A stretch of 64,000 bases of DNA from Sedimentisphaerales bacterium (lineage in GTDB: Bacteria; Planctomycetota; Phycisphaerae; Sedimentisphaerales; SM23-30), in NCBI GenBank assembly GCA_963666285.1, contig OY762711.1. One strand, given 5' to 3'. Below, piece after piece: positions 1-14,085 of this stretch. Each line of letters starts with the position of its first letter. Position 1 is the first letter of the stretch. The notes under the pieces were generated by a model, which did no database searches, was not told the origin of the DNA, and saw only the letters and a list, made by a program, of their open reading frames with translations. The position numbers and the translations under genes were made by a program.

Positions 1-1368
1 AATAATACTCAAACAACAAACGCTGAAACTGATAGCGAAAAATTCTTTCCTATCCCACTCAAGCATGTATCGGCACGTCAGTTAGAGAAAATCCCTATTT
101 ACCTTTTAACTGAAAATGAATACTGCCTTTATAGTACCGATGGGCTGGGATTTAATAATGAAGACAGGCAGAGGCTGCTGGATTCTCATATTAAATATAT
201 ATTTATCTCTGTACAGGATCACGAGCAATATTTTCAGGCAATGTCTGATGCAATGCTTGATGTTGCAAACGATACGACAATCCAGTATGAAGATAAAATT
301 GACATGCTGCACGGAACTTCACTGGGACTGGTCAATAAACTTAGCAATGAACCACTTGATAAAATAAGTGTTGACCAGACTCTAATGCAAAGTAATTCCA
401 GTGCTCAAATGATTATGAATGGTGTTGAATATAAGGACCTGTTTGATATGTGCAGCCAGGACCCGGAAGATGTAAAAAACCTTGTCGCAATGAGTGCTAC
501 TATGCAGGGTTTTGCCCATAAGCTGGGGCTGACTGATAAAAATGCCTTGAGCATTATGGGAACAGGTGCAATGCTGCATGATATTGGAAAAGTATTTCTC
601 CCTAAACATAACAGAACTATTGAACAAATACGTTCGCATGTTAAATTGGGCGTACAGCATCTTGACACTATCCCCGGTATTCCAATGGAAATTAGGAATA
701 TTGTAGCTGAACATCACGAAAGAATTGATGGGTCTGGATACCCGTATGGGCTAAAAGGCGATGATATCTCACTCATGGGACAAATCGCCGGCCTTGTACA
801 TACTTTTCACACATTAATAAATCAAAGTGATTATAAAAGTGAAAGGGAAAGAATTGCAGACGCATTAAATATTCTCGAAGAAAAACTATATAAGCAATTT
901 GACAACAACATGCTCAAAAGCTTTGTTGCTTTTGTGTCTAATACTTTACTGGAAGCTGCTGAAGATAAGACAAAACTGTCGATGTTCAATGTGTCTGAAC
1001 TTGATATAGGACATCGGAGAAATAACCCCAACGGTCGCAGGCATGAGCGAATGTATTTTCGCAGCAAAGGATCTATGGAAATTCTTTTCCTGAAAAATGA
1101 AAAGTGGACAGTAAAATCAAGTCACGATATTATCATGCATAATATCTCCCAGTCAGGTATGGGGTTCATGACTTACCATAGATTACAGGAAAACGAAATT
1201 GTCCTGGCTAAACTATATGTTACGAACCAAAATGAACCTGTCTGCCTGGTTGGTAAAGTTGCCAGAATTCACGAAGTTACAAAGGACCTGTTTATAATTG
1301 GTGCTGTTTTCTTCGAAGCAAATTCCCAGGATGCAACTAAAAGGCTTTTCGAAAAGTTCAATAAGTAA
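1..1368 (+). CDS. HD-GYP domain protein with C-terminal PilZ domain (5' end outside window)
   Basis: Frame is open from base 1. LHDIGK and HHERIDGSGYP motifs; C-terminal RRHER...NISQSG PilZ motifs. Confidence 0.85.
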   Translation, partial: NNTQTTNAETDSEKFFPIPLKHVSARQLEKIPIYLLTENEYCLYSTDGLGFNNEDRQRLLDSHIKYIFISVQDHEQYFQAMSDAMLDVANDTTIQYEDKIDMLHGTSLGLVNKLSNEPLDKISVDQTLMQSNSSAQMIMNGVEYKDLFDMCSQDPEDVKNLVAMSATMQGFAHKLGLTDKNALSIMGTGAMLHDIGKVFLPKHNRTIEQIRSHVKLGVQHLDTIPGIPMEIRNIVAEHHERIDGSGYPYGLKGDDISLMGQIAGLVHTFHTLINQSDYKSERERIADALNILEEKLYKQFDNNMLKSFVAFVSNTLLEAAEDKTKLSMFNVSELDIGHRRNNPNGRRHERMYFRSKGSMEILFLKNEKWTVKSSHDIIMHNISQSGMGFMTYHRLQENEIVLAKLYVTNQNEPVCLVGKVARIHEVTKDLFIIGAVFFEANSQDATKRLFEKFNK

Positions 1369-1634
1369 CAAAACCAACTGATATTCTATCCGCCCCTTAG
1401 AGACGGATCTTTTCAAATTCACAGATTATTAGACCTAATCCTAATGGCTTCACTGGTCCCCGCGGCAAAGAGTCCCTCTCACCTTCGGCATTATAGGACC
1501 TCTTTTGGAAACCCAGGAGAAATTTTCTTTTCTTTTTTTTCATTCTAATAAATTACATACACTGAACAGCCGATTAAAAAACTGGTTGTTACATTATGAA
1601 TGATTGAGAAGAATTTTTATTAGGTTTATTTGAT

Positions 1635-2642
1635 ATGACCACAACTGAAATAAAAAATTACAGGCTGGAACTAAAAAAGCTTATTAAGAAAGGTAAAATT
1701 CCCACTCTTCCGGCTGTTGCTCAGAAATTGCTCATGCTATGCAAGGATGATACCGCTGATTTTTCTGAGTATGCTTCTGTAATTGAATCTGATCAGGGGA
1801 TGGCAACCCGTATTCTTCATGTCGCCAATTCCGCTTACTATGGTCTGCGACAAAAAGCAACAACTGTTGAACGGGCTGTATCGGCCCTTGGCCTAAAGTA
1901 CGTGCGGTCTATTGCGCTTGGCTATAACCTGCTTAATACTCTCAGCCGCTTTGAAACTAAAGGATTTAACCAGCAAAATTTCTGGAATCAGTGTCTGCTG
2001 AGAGCCGTGGTCGGTAGACAACTTGGCGCCAGGTATTGCCCAAGCCTAAAAGAAGAAGCTTTTTTGATTGGACTAATTCAAGACTCCGGTGTTCTATTAT
2101 TGCTGCAGGCAATTGGTGAACATTATGCCGCTCTTTGGAAAGACTCTTCACTCTCTCATTTTGCTATATATAATATGGAAAAGCAACTGTTTCAATTGAA
2201 CCATATTGAAGCGACTGGCTTTCTTGCCAGGGCCTGGGGGTTGCCTTCGATGCTGATCGGGCCGATCTCTATGCACCATACCAAACGGACTTTAAGCCCG
2301 GCTAAAACTTCTGAACTAAAACTCTACCAGATAGCATATTTCTCTGGTATGTTATCATTCAATAATCCAAGCGAAGTTTGCAAGGACGATCTGGAGTTAA
2401 GTATATATTGCAGAAAAGTATTTTCTCTCGATAGTACAGAACTCAAAACTTTCTTTGATGATGTAAGAGAAGAATATAGCAGCATCTATTCTATTTTTGA
2501 AGATATAATACAAAGCCCAATGAATATTGCAGATATACTGATCGAAACTAATAAGTTATTGAGCGGGCTAACTGAAGAAACCAGCAGGGTTGTTTTAGAT
2601 TTTGAATCCTCAAGTGATACTGACGACATGTTTGAAGTATAG
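1635..2642 (+). CDS. HDOD domain signal-transduction protein
   Basis: IPTLPAVA, SDQGMATRILHVANSAYYG, EEAFLIGLIQDSG, AWGLP...HH. Confidence 0.9.
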   Translation: MTTTEIKNYRLELKKLIKKGKIPTLPAVAQKLLMLCKDDTADFSEYASVIESDQGMATRILHVANSAYYGLRQKATTVERAVSALGLKYVRSIALGYNLLNTLSRFETKGFNQQNFWNQCLLRAVVGRQLGARYCPSLKEEAFLIGLIQDSGVLLLLQAIGEHYAALWKDSSLSHFAIYNMEKQLFQLNHIEATGFLARAWGLPSMLIGPISMHHTKRTLSPAKTSELKLYQIAYFSGMLSFNNPSEVCKDDLELSIYCRKVFSLDSTELKTFFDDVREEYSSIYSIFEDIIQSPMNIADILIETNKLLSGLTEETSRVVLDFESSSDTDDMFEV

Positions 2643-2671
2643 GATTTTCTTATATTGCTGGCTGGAGTGTT

Positions 2672-4534
2672 TTATCTTTTGCCACGGCGGCTTCTGCCGG
2701 TTGTCCTGGCATTGGTTTTCTTCTCTTTTCTCTGCCTGTTAAATTCGGCATCGTGAAACTTTAATAGCTCCATTTGAGATTTCTTTTCCTGTCGCCCTCT
2801 GGCAATATGAATCTCATTCCCATGCTCGTCCAAACCGCTAACATACATTGCTGTTGCCATTGTAAGCGGAATCGGTGTAAAGTCCTGAACCTGCCTCAAC
2901 CGCCAGTTACGCCTTGTTAAATAGTCGTTCAACTTTTGAGCCTGCTTCATCGAACTGCCGGGGTGGGCACTTATAAAATATGGAACTATATATTGCTCTT
3001 TACCGGCCTTGGCAGATAGCTTGCTAAATAATTCTTCAAACTCTTTAAAAAGTTTGAACGGCGGCTTACCCATTTTCTTCAAGACACTCGGATCGATGTG
3101 TTCCGGGGCCAACTTCAAATGTCCGCCGGTAAAATGCTCTATTAGCAGCTCGGCATAACGTTTCTTGCGACTGCCCTGCTTACAGCAATGCAGCACCAGG
3201 TCATGTCGAACTCCGGAAGCTATAAACACATTTACTTTTCTGCCCTGCCTCTTCTGCCAGTCCCGTACTCTCTCCAAAAGCTCTACCGCTTTTGAATCGT
3301 CTGCACATAAATTCTTACAAGGCTCAGGAAAAATACAGCTGCTGCGGGAACATGGTTTTTCGAGTTTACATCTCATTCCATACATATTTGCTGACGGGCC
3401 GCCGATGTCCGAAATTGTCCCCCTAAAATCCGGGTGGGCTAACAGCTTATCGGCTTCTGCTAAAATCGATTCTATTGAACGAGAGCTTATTACTTTGCCC
3501 TGGTGATAATACAAAGAACAGAAATTACAGCCGCCAAAACAGCCGCGATGCGATGTTATCGAAAATTGAATTGATTGCAGTGCCGGAACGCCGCCTTTAT
3601 TATCGTAAATTGGATGCCAGCGTCTGGTGAAGTCTATACTGTATAACTCATCCATCTGTTTTTCTGATAATGGTACCGCTGGAGGATTCACTACAACCCT
3701 GCCCGGGTTCTGCTCCTGCACAACCGGCTTACCGGCCGGTTCCGCCTGGTCATGATAAAGCTTATGGCCCGTCATAAACAGTTCTCGGTTTTGATCCTGA
3801 TCCTTCGCTCCCGGCAGCTCTACCGCTCCTTCCGGAACCTTCCTGCCTTTCGTAACCGGCCATGCGGTGCCGGCAATATTTACCAGCTCCTCTATTTTCT
3901 CCCCTTCGGCCAGCCGCTTAGCTACCTCCAATATCTGCTGCTCGCCCATACCAAACACCAGCAGGTCTGCTTTGGCATCCACAACTATCGATCGTTTTAC
4001 CTTGTCCTCTATATAATCATAATGTACCAGACGCCTTAAAGACGCTTCCAGACCGCCCAGTATTATCGGCACAGCGTTGTAAGCCTCGCGGGCCCTTGCC
4101 GCATATACTGCCAGCGGCTTATCCGGGCGCAAACCATCTTCGCCGCCAGGGCTAAATACATCTTCCTTCCTGCGATGCCCCATTGATGAATAATTATTTA
4201 ACCGTGAGTCGACCGAACCACCTGTTATCCCCCAAAATAAACGCGGCTTGCCAAAACGTAAAAAATCCTTCTCGCTGCGCCAGTCCGGCTGTGCCAAAAC
4301 GGCTACCTTGTATCCATGTTTTTGCAGCCATCGGCCTATTAACGCTACGCCAAATGATGGATGATCGACATATGCATCGCCGGTCACTAAAACAATATCA
4401 ACTTCATCCCAGCCGAGAGCACGAATCTCGTTAGCTGTCATCGGCAGCGGCTCAATACCAGCAATACTTGCCTGTTTAGTGTTCTTAACAGGAAGCCTCT
4501 TCGAGTTTTTCTTTGTTCGATTTGCCCTATTCAA
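2672..4534 (-). CDS. ygiQ: YgiQ (UPF0313) family radical SAM protein
   Basis: VTGDAYVDHPSFG, RGCFGGCNFC, LAPEH, YFISAHPG, VQDFTP. Confidence 0.9.
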   Translation of the reverse strand: MNRANRTKKNSKRLPVKNTKQASIAGIEPLPMTANEIRALGWDEVDIVLVTGDAYVDHPSFGVALIGRWLQKHGYKVAVLAQPDWRSEKDFLRFGKPRLFWGITGGSVDSRLNNYSSMGHRRKEDVFSPGGEDGLRPDKPLAVYAARAREAYNAVPIILGGLEASLRRLVHYDYIEDKVKRSIVVDAKADLLVFGMGEQQILEVAKRLAEGEKIEELVNIAGTAWPVTKGRKVPEGAVELPGAKDQDQNRELFMTGHKLYHDQAEPAGKPVVQEQNPGRVVVNPPAVPLSEKQMDELYSIDFTRRWHPIYDNKGGVPALQSIQFSITSHRGCFGGCNFCSLYYHQGKVISSRSIESILAEADKLLAHPDFRGTISDIGGPSANMYGMRCKLEKPCSRSSCIFPEPCKNLCADDSKAVELLERVRDWQKRQGRKVNVFIASGVRHDLVLHCCKQGSRKKRYAELLIEHFTGGHLKLAPEHIDPSVLKKMGKPPFKLFKEFEELFSKLSAKAGKEQYIVPYFISAHPGSSMKQAQKLNDYLTRRNWRLRQVQDFTPIPLTMATAMYVSGLDEHGNEIHIARGRQEKKSQMELLKFHDAEFNRQRKEKKTNARTTGRSRRGKR

Positions 4535-4537
4535 ATT

Positions 4538-4936
4538 TTAGCCTTCTATCACTTTCACCACACACTTACGGCTGCGAGGACCGTCAAATTCACAAAAATA
4601 TATACCCTGCCAGGTACCAAGCACCGGTTCGCCGTTTTCTATGATAACTGTTAATGATGGACCAAACAATGACGACTTAACATGTGCGTCAGAATTACCT
4701 TCACCATGCCGATATCCCAAACGCATCTGAGGTAAAAGTTCTTCCAGCGTCATTAAGATATCATGTATTACATCCGGATCAGCATTCTCATTAATTGTAA
4801 CTGCCGCCGTCGTATGTGGGACATGTATCACCGCCAGACCGGAGGATACCCCGCTGTCATCTATCGCCCGGCGAACCTCGGCAGTTATATCGATCATATC
4901 GCAACGCTTGTGTGTTTTTACTGATATTGTTTTCAT
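4538..4936 (-). CDS. yjbQ: YjbQ/UPF0047 family protein
   Basis: PHTTAAVTINENADPDV, HGEGNSDAHVKSS, LGTWQGIYFCEFDGPR. Confidence 0.92.
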   Translation of the reverse strand: MKTISVKTHKRCDMIDITAEVRRAIDDSGVSSGLAVIHVPHTTAAVTINENADPDVIHDILMTLEELLPQMRLGYRHGEGNSDAHVKSSLFGPSLTVIIENGEPVLGTWQGIYFCEFDGPRSRKCVVKVIEG

Positions 4937-5128
4937 TTCTATCAACCCTTATTTGTTAAATATTTGCACTGCCACTATTATAGTTTATACCTCCGTAAAA
5001 CAAAAGATCTACCTCCGCCACATTTTTTCTAATCATAACTTTATTACATAGCAGTTTCATGATACAATAGTGCCCCAAATTTGAGAACAACTACAGTAAT
5101 TACACACCCAGATAAGGAAAACTTATTA

Positions 5129-5623
5129 ATGTCAGAACCTACGGAACTAAAGGAAGTTACAATTTATACCGATGGCGGCTGTTCGCCCAACCCCGGACCT
5201 GGCGCATGGGGAGCCATATTAAGCTGCAAAGGCACAACCAAAAAATTGTCCGGCGGATACAAACTTACGACCAATAACCGCATGGAAATAATGGCTGTTA
5301 TTGAAGCTCTTAAAGCTCTAAAACAAAGATGTAAAGTTACCCTTTTTACCGACTCCCAATATGTCTTCAATTCTATTACCAAGGGATGGGCTGAAAACTG
5401 GCGCAAAAACGGCTGGCGTAAAGGGAAAAATAAACGTGAAAAAGCACTTAACCCGGACCTGTGGGGAACTCTGTTGGACCTCATCGAACAGCATGATATC
5501 GACTTTAACTGGGTTAAAGCTCATGTAGGCATTCCCGGCAACGAAGCTGTTGACCAGCTCGTTAACGATACCAGGGATGCCGGCAACCTGGCAGAAGACA
5601 CTGTGTACCTGCAAAACCAATAA
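5129..5623 (+). CDS. rnhA: Ribonuclease HI
   Basis: IYTDGGCSPNPGPG, TTNNRMEI, TDSQY, WVKAHVGIPGNE; ATG at 5129 after AAGGA. Confidence 0.95.
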   Translation: MSEPTELKEVTIYTDGGCSPNPGPGAWGAILSCKGTTKKLSGGYKLTTNNRMEIMAVIEALKALKQRCKVTLFTDSQYVFNSITKGWAENWRKNGWRKGKNKREKALNPDLWGTLLDLIEQHDIDFNWVKAHVGIPGNEAVDQLVNDTRDAGNLAEDTVYLQNQ

Positions 5624-5625
5624 AA

Positions 5626-6867
5626 ATGGAAACTTCCCTGGAAAACCAAAAATCTTCACCCGTCATGATTGCCCGCCTTGCTATCATGATGTTTTTGCAA
5701 TATATATCATACGGCGCGATCCTGCCTATAGTCACAAATTACATGAAGCATAACCTCCATTTCGGCGGCTCGCAAATTGGATACGTCTCTGCCGCTATGG
5801 CCATTAGTGCTTTAGCTTCTCCCTTTGTCGGCTCATTTCTGGTTGACCGTTTTATCTCTGCCGAAAGAATGTACGTAATCTGCCATAGTGTCGCTGCTAT
5901 CACAATGTTCTTTATCGGTAAGGCTACAACCTTTCCCGCCTTTTTCACTCTTTTTGTAATTTATTATGCCGCCTATGGGCCATCAATGCCTTTGTCAAAT
6001 GCTATCGCTTTCCATCATCTGCCAAACGAAAGAAATAAATACGGGTTTGTCCGGGTCTGGGGAACAATAGGTTGGGTTTTTGTGGCAATTGGTTTTAGTT
6101 ATCTCTGGCTTAGAGACCCGGTCACCAAGGAATACATACCGGAGCGACTGCCCGATTGCTTTACCCTGGCATCGATAACTTCTGTTTTTATGGCGGCATA
6201 TAGCCTGACCATGCCGAAACGAATGTGTGAACCGAAAAAAGACAAATCTATTATCCCGGTATCTGCCTTTAAGGTATTTGCTAACTATAAAATTGCGATT
6301 ATAGGATTTGCTTTCTTTATGATTTCAGCTGTTGGCAAGTACTATTATGTTGGTGCTTCTATTTACCTGGAAGACTGGGGGATTCAAAAGCCTGATATCA
6401 TGCCGCTTATGTCTATCGGTCAAATCCCGGAAATTTTTGCCATGGTCTTCCTCGGAGCGATAGTAAAAAAAATTGGTTTTAAGACTGTATTTCTGCTAGG
6501 GCTGGTAGCTGAACTGTGGCGCAATACCAGTCTTATTCTCGGCTCCAATATGTTTGTCCTTATTACCGGCCTGTTCTGCCACGGCCTGTCATACGGCCTG
6601 TTTATAACGCCGATATATATCTTCCTGGATAAAAAATGCGATAAAGATTCCCGTAGCGGTGCACACCAGTTATTCTCAATTCTTAACGGCGGATGTGCCG
6701 GGCTGGTCGGCAACCTGCTTGGCGGTCAATGTCTCGACTGGTTTGCCACTAATACCGGGATAGACTACCGATATTATTGGGCCGTTCCTTTTGTAATGAC
6801 CTTTGTCTGCTTCCTGCTTATTATGCTTGTATTCAAGCCGACAGCAGAAGAAAACAGTGTTGAATAG
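5626..6867 (+). CDS. MFS transporter, nucleoside:H+ symporter (NupG-like) family
   Basis: About 12 hydrophobic segments; MMFLQY, RVWGTIGW, MSIGQIPE motifs. Confidence 0.8.
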   Translation: METSLENQKSSPVMIARLAIMMFLQYISYGAILPIVTNYMKHNLHFGGSQIGYVSAAMAISALASPFVGSFLVDRFISAERMYVICHSVAAITMFFIGKATTFPAFFTLFVIYYAAYGPSMPLSNAIAFHHLPNERNKYGFVRVWGTIGWVFVAIGFSYLWLRDPVTKEYIPERLPDCFTLASITSVFMAAYSLTMPKRMCEPKKDKSIIPVSAFKVFANYKIAIIGFAFFMISAVGKYYYVGASIYLEDWGIQKPDIMPLMSIGQIPEIFAMVFLGAIVKKIGFKTVFLLGLVAELWRNTSLILGSNMFVLITGLFCHGLSYGLFITPIYIFLDKKCDKDSRSGAHQLFSILNGGCAGLVGNLLGGQCLDWFATNTGIDYRYYWAVPFVMTFVCFLLIMLVFKPTAEENSVE

Positions 6868-6874
6868 AAGATTT

Positions 6875-7270
6875 TCACTTTCCGATTGAACACAACACAA
6901 CATCGACAATTATAGCAACTGTCGAAAGTAAAAAGATCGCGTAATAATTTATATTCTCTTTGCTCTTGATAATTGATTTCAACAAATATAGTGCAGCCTG
7001 ACGCTGTTCACTTGTCATTTCCTGTTCTGACTCTAGTGTTTCGATCAGCTCAAAATCCTGCACCGCCCTGCGACGCTTTACCGAGATCTTATACCTGAAC
7101 AAAAAGAAAATCACATAACCAACAACACCAAAATACCAGACAGGACGCACCAGTTCCGGCGACAACTCACTCACTATTGTCAGCGAACGAAAAGCTATAT
7201 TGCACAAAAGCCCGAGTATGAAAAATCCATTAATCCATATCGGGCTTATTGTCTTTGGTAAATTACTCAT
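6875..7270 (-). CDS. Small membrane protein, function unknown
   Basis: Three hydrophobic segments; follows gyrB on the same strand. Confidence 0.65.
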   Translation of the reverse strand: MSNLPKTISPIWINGFFILGLLCNIAFRSLTIVSELSPELVRPVWYFGVVGYVIFFLFRYKISVKRRRAVQDFELIETLESEQEMTSEQRQAALYLLKSIIKSKENINYYAIFLLSTVAIIVDVVLCSIGK

Positions 7271-7395
7271 CTTCAAATTTAATCGTATTGATATTAAACC
7301 TGCATATAAATAGCGAACGTAGAACAATAAATTACTACACGAGTAAAGCGTACAAAGCAACTTTTAAACACTAGTTACTTTTTAGCTGCTTAAAA

Positions 7396-9933
<2,538 letters not shown>

Positions 9934-9981
9934 TTATTTAATTATACTATATTTAATTATTTATAGTTGGTTTCTAGTCCT

Positions 9982-10383
9982 CTAAAAATCAACTATCTTG
10001 TTTCCTTCTTCGTCTCTATGATACCAGCTGCCTCGCACAAGCTTGATCTGGAACGCTGGCAAATTCGGCTCTATCTCCAGGATACGGTCAACCAGCCCAC
10101 TTCGTACCAGCATATCAAGCTCGGCATAATAAACCTGGCTGTCCACCAGAACTTTCAAAACTCCTCGGTTCAGACTCTCTATACAACTATGCTCCTGCAA
10201 AGTCACAGGCAGAAGCTCCTGCCATGCATGTAAAATCTTGCCAAGCTTATTATACTTCTTCTTGACCTTACGCTTGAAAAAGTCTTCGGCTATCTTGCCA
10301 AGCTGCTTGTCCTTGCGGCGAAACTGACGAGCCTTGTCTAAGTTAATCTTCTGCCTTAACTTGTCATCTGTCCAGTATTCCAT
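9982..10383 (-). CDS. DciA/DUF721 family protein
   Basis: Size, position between dnaN and gyrB, W-x-E...GVLKVLVDS pattern. Confidence 0.7.
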   Translation of the reverse strand: MEYWTDDKLRQKINLDKARQFRRKDKQLGKIAEDFFKRKVKKKYNKLGKILHAWQELLPVTLQEHSCIESLNRGVLKVLVDSQVYYAELDMLVRSGLVDRILEIEPNLPAFQIKLVRGSWYHRDEEGNKIVDF

Positions 10384-10465
10384 AATATTGTGGATTACCT
10401 GTGCAATTCTTACCCACAGCCCCAATGAAGCTACGAAGCCGGAATCCTAAACTTTATATTTTTGC

Positions 10466-11569
10466 TTAAAGTGCAACAGGCATAATCACGTATAAAAAAT
10501 CTGTTCCTATCTTTATTACACCTGGCTTGTTCGCATCCTGCATTTCTAGCGAGATCAGCTCAACCCCGGCATTCTTCAGAACATCTAAAATATAATATGG
10601 ATTAAAGCCCATCTTCAGTTCCGGACCATCATAATCTATTTCCATATTAAATTCCGCATCACCAGCTTCCGGCGTGCTGCTTGTCAGTTCAAGACGCCCC
10701 TTGGTAAACTCCAATGCCATCCCCCTGGTAGTGTCATTTGTCATCGTCGCTACCTGGCGGATACCGCTGGCGAATTCGCCAACATTAATCTCGGCTTTCT
10801 TGTCACAGCCACTCGGGATAACATCTGAATAACGTGGAAAACGACCTTGTACCAGGTTGCTGCTTAGCTTGATACGGTCAGTACTGAATATTACCTTATT
10901 ATCCTCCAGGACAACCTTAACCTTCTCCTCAGGCTTGTCCAGGACCTTTTCCAAAACCTGCATCGCTGCTACCGGCACAATAACCGACTTCTCGCTCTCT
11001 ATCGATGAGATCAGCTTACCCTCTATCTTCGCCAAACGCCGGCCATCTGTCGCCACCATCAGCAGATCTTTACCCTTAAGCTCCCACAGAATGCCATTCA
11101 GGGCATAACGACTGCTCTCCTTTGCGGCAGCAAAAGAAGTCATCTTGATCATTCGCTTCAAAACTGCTGCTTCTATTTCATTGCTCTCGTCCGATAATTC
11201 TACTTCCACTGCTGGAAACTGCTCGGCGTCATCGCCATAAATATCGAACTTGCTCTTATTCTTACCTCTTATCAAACAGATATTACCCTGCCAGCTAAGC
11301 TCCAGGTTCTCTTCACTGCATTCAAATAGGATAGAAGCTGTTCGTGCGGCAGGTATTACCATCTCACCTCCCTGCTCAACCTGGACCTGCTCAACCTTAC
11401 AGTTCAGCGTCATCTCGTTGTCTGTCGCCGAAACTGTTAAAGTCTGCTCCTCCTGGTCGGCAGTAAATAATGCACAACTTAAGATTGGTTTGGTTGATCG
11501 TGCTGGTACGATTGAACTTGCAAGCTGTACCGCTTCATGCAATGCTGCTCTGTTGCACTTCAATTTCAT
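10466..11569 (-). CDS. dnaN: DNA polymerase III beta sliding clamp
   Basis: KPILS, ATDNE, MVATDGRRLA, GRFPRY, GFNPYYILD, YVIMP. Confidence 0.97.
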   Translation of the reverse strand: MKLKCNRAALHEAVQLASSIVPARSTKPILSCALFTADQEEQTLTVSATDNEMTLNCKVEQVQVEQGGEMVIPAARTASILFECSEENLELSWQGNICLIRGKNKSKFDIYGDDAEQFPAVEVELSDESNEIEAAVLKRMIKMTSFAAAKESSRYALNGILWELKGKDLLMVATDGRRLAKIEGKLISSIESEKSVIVPVAAMQVLEKVLDKPEEKVKVVLEDNKVIFSTDRIKLSSNLVQGRFPRYSDVIPSGCDKKAEINVGEFASGIRQVATMTNDTTRGMALEFTKGRLELTSSTPEAGDAEFNMEIDYDGPELKMGFNPYYILDVLKNAGVELISLEMQDANKPGVIKIGTDFLYVIMPVAL

Positions 11570-11899
11570 AAGATCACCTCTATCGTTTCTTATCCTGTAA
11601 TAAGTATGGCTTTCAAGCTTCCCCTATTACCTTACTTAACTTTTATAATAGCTTTTACTATTATTACGTTCTTTTCTCTTGCTTTATAATTATTATACAG
11701 GCACAAATACCTGTCCGCTCAATCAGGCAAAGGTACTACCTTTTCCTGCTGTAAACACTGATTCCAATACTAATATCAATTATTATACTGGAATTCATCT
11801 TGTTTCTATTAACTTTTAGTTTGCTGATTTTTCTTTAGGAAGTACATTCCAGCTTTCATTGAATATTCATATATTCGCAAGCATATCATTATAATATGA

Positions 11900-13000
11900 T
11901 TACACAATTTTCACAATAAGCCAAATTTAACTTCTGTATATATTTTTATTATACATATCTTGCAGCTCCCCACCATTACCTCCTTAACTGAATTTTACTT
12001 TCAGGCAAACCGTGAATCTGTCTGTTACTTAATATAATTAATTAACTATATATATAATTTATTAATATTAGTAATATACCCTGTGAGATATGTTACTTTT
12101 TTAATCGCTATATTATAACCTGTTTTAAGCAGGAAGTTTAGCAAAAAAAAAGCATTGTGGAAAAACTGTTTGATTAGCAGTGATTAATCTTCGATATCAA
12201 TGTTAATAATTACTTCAGACCTGAAGTTTTCCACAATTTCAGCATTGCTGTTTGTATTAATCGCAGGCAAATAACAAGTTTTCCACAATAAATAACAGCC
12301 ATTAATAACACTGTTAGGCGTTATTGCTATTGACAGGGTCTTTCTATTTCTCAAGGGCCGTCCAGATGAAGAAAATTATCCCCAGGTTTTCCCCAATTTA
12401 CTGTATGGCAAAACGATGTGTATTTTTATAGGACTAAAGCGTAAGTCATCTGCTGCAAAACAGTTCGAGTCAGTCCATTTCTACATAATTATATGTAACT
12501 AGTCTTCTTATTTGGCAATTTTATTCGAATTTTCAAATAAATTGTTTAATAGCCTTATTTCTTGAAATTAATTTTTCATAATAGACATTTATACTTCTAT
12601 CCAGTCGTGATTTTTTCTATCTTTAAATCAATGTTTTGTGAATTCCTATAAAACATTATATGCAGGATACACTTTTCTAGTAGAAATACCTCACGAAAAA
12701 TTTTACTTCTAATTTCTTTCTATCAACTAATGCGTTGACATATATTTGTTAGTCCTATAACTAATATGTTAATAAGTTGTGCAAAAAGTGTACAATTTGT
12801 TAGTCTTTTTAATATAAATTATTTCAAAATAGGTACTTATGAATTGTTAATAAATACCGCAATCATGTTTATTGTCTGATTTTATGCCTCGTATTATTAA
12901 GATTATCTATATTATCTAGAAAGAAATGCAGCTTATAGGACTTTCGGCTGACTTTGTTATCATGGCTTTTCAACATGTTATGCACAATAAATGTTAATAA
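11900..13000. promoter_or_regulatory. oriC: Probable replication origin oriC (AT-rich unwinding element plus DnaA-box cluster)
   Basis: TTTTCCACA at 12156-12164 (reverse), 12227-12235 and 12279-12287; TTATCCCCA 12376-12384; TTTTCCCCA 12387-12395; TTATGCACA 12978-12986; near-pure AT tract 12028-12078; upstream of dnaN; flanking genes point away from it. Confidence 0.75.
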
Positions 13001-13840
13001 CTTTTGATTTATACCCATCACTGTTAAAAATTCCATTCAATTATGGTATTTTATTATCATCATCATTGCCTTCTGCGATTAGATCAAGTCAAGCATTCTA
13101 TAAAAACTTTAGCTTGGTGAATTTGATAATAATGATTTTAACGCAGCTATTTCAAATCGGTGGTTCTTTACTTTTTCATTCGGATCAACATGTTAAATAG
13201 ATATGATTTCGTATCTGATGTTATACCAAAATAGATTATATTTATTGACAATATAACCTGCTTTTATCTGATCCAATATATTGCCCGGGAGTTTGTAATT
13301 GAGAGCTGGTTGCAGAACAATTTTATCAGATTTGCATTGTCAGGCTTTATTATTTCGAGACTTCTTAAGTTGTAGTTATTGTCGAAATGGTTTGTGAGGC
13401 ATAATTTTGACATTATGATCCTCTTACCGAAGGCAGGCACACAATGTTTTACTGATACATCTATCCTTATTGCTTCTAAGAATCCGGCTTACTTCTCTAT
13501 GTTTTATAAAATATAGCAAGCCAGGTTTTGTTCATTTATGACCACAAGTGACATTTATTATGAGACTTTATGCCCAATTATAATAAATCTTCAATATGGA
13601 GATAAAGCCATCAATGCCTGTATAACATGCAATTATTTGACAAAGTAAGGTTTGGCCCGGCATAAATGTATTAGTTGGGGCCTAATGTTGCTGGAAAGGT
13701 GAACTACTTTCTATATTAAACTAATATATTTTATTCCAGAACTTGTTTAAGGTAAAGGCTTGCATATGCTATATAAAGGGCATAGATTATAAGTTTGATT
13801 CTTTTTTAAACATCTCTCCTAACTTGAATAAATGTTCATT

Positions 13841-13849
13841 TGTGGATAA
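13841..13849 (-). promoter_or_regulatory. Consensus DnaA box
   Basis: TGTGGATAA is the reverse complement of TTATCCACA. Confidence 0.6.
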
Positions 13850-13896
13850 TTACGACATATTAAATGAATGTTTGCTTACCGCAATAAACTGGAGGA

Positions 13897-13912
13897 TGTT
13901 TCACGTGAAACA
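13897..13912. promoter_or_regulatory. parS: parS site 1
   Basis: Perfect TGTTTCACGTGAAACA; palindrome extends over 13893-13916. Confidence 0.95.
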
Positions 13913-14069
13913 TCCTAAGAAATGTTTATTATTGCCAAAATGGACATAAAATGTTATTATTTAGCTCCGTTTTAGGGAATAAGACTTCTTAAAACAGAGT
14001 TTTCAGCAATATATGCCTAAGGTGTCTATTGTTTGAAAGTCGCTAACCGAATACTGCTTGCTAATAAAG

Positions 14070-14085
14070 TGTTTCACGTGAAACA
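14070..14085. promoter_or_regulatory. parS: parS site 2
   Basis: Perfect TGTTTCACGTGAAACA about 170 bp upstream of parB. Confidence 0.95.
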
